In this document: positions 53,735-55,112 of the stretch, one piece after another
Position numbering within the stretch: the stretch's first letter is position 1
How the letters are laid out: every line of letters begins with the position of its first letter
Assembly: GCA_049970775.1 (NCBI GenBank)
Contig: JBMFMH010000002.1
Location: 1 to 55,112 of the forward strand
Reading direction: 5' to 3'
DNA: 55,112 bases
Origin: a bacterium
GTDB lineage: Bacteria > Armatimonadota > JACIXR01
Notes under the pieces: generated by a model
What the model saw: the letters and a program-made list of their open reading frames with translations, nothing else
The model's database searches: none
Told to the model about the DNA's origin: nothing
Program-made: the position numbers and the translations under genes

Positions 53735-55112
53735 AATCTAAATATGGAAGCAAGAGGTAAAATTTCCTTTGGCAGGTCTTGCTCAAACCTAATGTCCCTC
53801 ACCTTTTCCCATTCTTCCCTCGTGGGCAGAGGAAGATTTTCTAACTGCGTTATGCTCAAATGATAGGTTATTTCTCTATAAGTCTCTTTTACATATCTTG
53901 AGACATAATCCGAGTTTAAATACTCAACCACTTCCTCCTCAGAGAGGTCAAAGGGAAACAAATTCTCTTTTTTTATCAAGTGGTAGACATCTCCCATCCA
54001 AGGATAGCCTATTTCGTCCATCGCCGCGGCCACTTTACCGCTTTCCCGAAAACCTAGTCCAACAACAATATGAGGAATGCCAAAAAAACTTCTTAGCTTT
54101 TGCACATCCTCTTTTCTTATCCAATAATCGGTATAATTCTCATAAATCACTTTGTATCGCTTTAGGTTCCTTCCATTCAGCAGGGGAAGAAATTTTTCCG
54201 TAGGCGGAGAATTAGATTTAATAATCAGAGGATTGTTCTTTATCTCTGGGGTGCGAGGAGAGATGCGGATATCGTAGATATCTCCCACCTTATAACTGCA
54301 AATCCTGTCTAACTTTCTGGTGAAGTCATTTTCAAAAGTGATGACCTCTCCCATCCAATGGGGATTTACCTTTATCTCCTTTATTTTCCCTCCTTGATGC
54401 TCAAATAGCTCCAATCTATGAGCGAACTGGGAAGATTTGATATAATTTAAGATAACGCAGGCGACATCGGCTTCTGGCTTAAACACATCTGCTCCAAGGT
54501 ATATTAGAGCGGTTCCACCATTGCAAGATAGGAAGTCCCTTAACTTCTTAAATTCGTCAAGAATCATAAATGTTGCCGGCACGATGAAGATAAGCTGCCC
54601 GTCCTCTTTCAGCAAATTTATCGCTTTCTCTATGAAGGCACCATAAACATTGTATTTTCCATACCAAGTTTTAAACAATTTTTTATAATTAGCCTTTGTT
54701 GCGGGGTCTACCTTAATAGTGTAATGCTCGGAATGGCTGGGTATACCGTAGGGTGGATTTCCGATTATTATATCAAAGCGCAAATCGCTATTCCATAAAA
54801 GAAAATCTCCTTTAATTATGTTTACTTCACTATCGATTCCCAGGGCGGAAAGAAACTGAACGATGTCATCCCTTATTTCAACACCATAAAGCCTTGCCTT
54901 TTTGAAAAGAGAAGGAAGGTTTCTTTTGATGCCGATTAAAAACTGAGCCAAACCGCAAGCTGGTTCCAATATATTTACTTCTTTTCCCTCAAATCGCTGA
55001 TAATCTATCAAACCGACCATAAGGTCTACAATGTGTTGAGGTGTGAAGAATATTCCATAATCCTTCCTTACTTTTCTTAAATTGGCGTTTAAAATTGTCT
55101 CATAGGTAAAAA
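53728..55112 (-). CDS. Gamma-class N6-adenine DNA methyltransferase, M.TaqI-like (5' end outside the window)
   Basis: There is close block-by-block resemblance to M.TaqI: TPQHIVDLM, ILEPACGLAQFL (motif I), IIIGNPPYG (motif IV), WYGKYNVYGAFIEKAINLL, FIVPATFMILDEF, and the C-terminal TaqI-type target-recognition domain. The frame stays open upstream of the ATG at 55020 to the window edge. Confidence 0.9.
   Translation of the reverse strand, partial: FTYETILNANLRKVRKDYGIFFTPQHIVDLMVGLIDYQRFEGKEVNILEPACGLAQFLIGIKRNLPSLFKKARLYGVEIRDDIVQFLSALGIDSEVNIIKGDFLLWNSDLRFDIIIGNPPYGIPSHSEHYTIKVDPATKANYKKLFKTWYGKYNVYGAFIEKAINLLKEDGQLIFIVPATFMILDEFKKLRDFLSCNGGTALIYLGADVFKPEADVACVILNYIKSSQFAHRLELFEHQGGKIKEIKVNPHWMGEVITFENDFTRKLDRICSYKVGDIYDIRISPRTPEIKNNPLIIKSNSPPTEKFLPLLNGRNLKRYKVIYENYTDYWIRKEDVQKLRSFFGIPHIVVGLGFRESGKVAAAMDEIGYPWMGDVYHLIKKENLFPFDLSEEEVVEYLNSDYVSRYVKETYREITYHLSITQLENLPLPTREEWEKVRDIRFEQDLPKEILPLASIFRFC

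Overview
This is a compact bacterial chromosomal segment. The bacterial assignment rests on a type-A RNase P RNA, a LexA/CI-like repressor, recO, aroQ and a prepilin-type gene remnant. The window is dominated by large secreted or membrane-associated glycan-degradation proteins: GH36 with an NPCBM module, GH31, a clan GH-A enzyme with a discoidin domain, GHL10, a GH106-like enzyme, and several unclassified proteins over 1000 aa. A CUT2 sugar ABC transporter and housekeeping genes sit among them. Four things stand out. (1) A translationally coupled nurA-herA-mre11-rad50 operon of archaeal style lies behind a perfect sigma70-consensus promoter. Its Rad50 has no CxxC zinc hook and carries a two-helix hydrophobic hairpin at the coiled-coil apex. 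An archaeal/eukaryal-type ATP-dependent DNA ligase lies nearby. (2) A family of 165-242 bp MITE-like elements has GGYTTTGTTGMATAA terminal inverted repeats. One copy has a perfect 8-bp target-site duplication, and another is inserted exactly into the overlapping stop codons of two convergent genes. (3) An M.TaqI-like methyltransferase runs off the window end and overlaps a short candidate endonuclease. (4) The rnpB 3' end lies 9 nt from the start codon of the S24 repressor gene. I saw no CRISPR array, rRNA or tRNA. All family assignments come from motif recognition by eye; no database search was possible.
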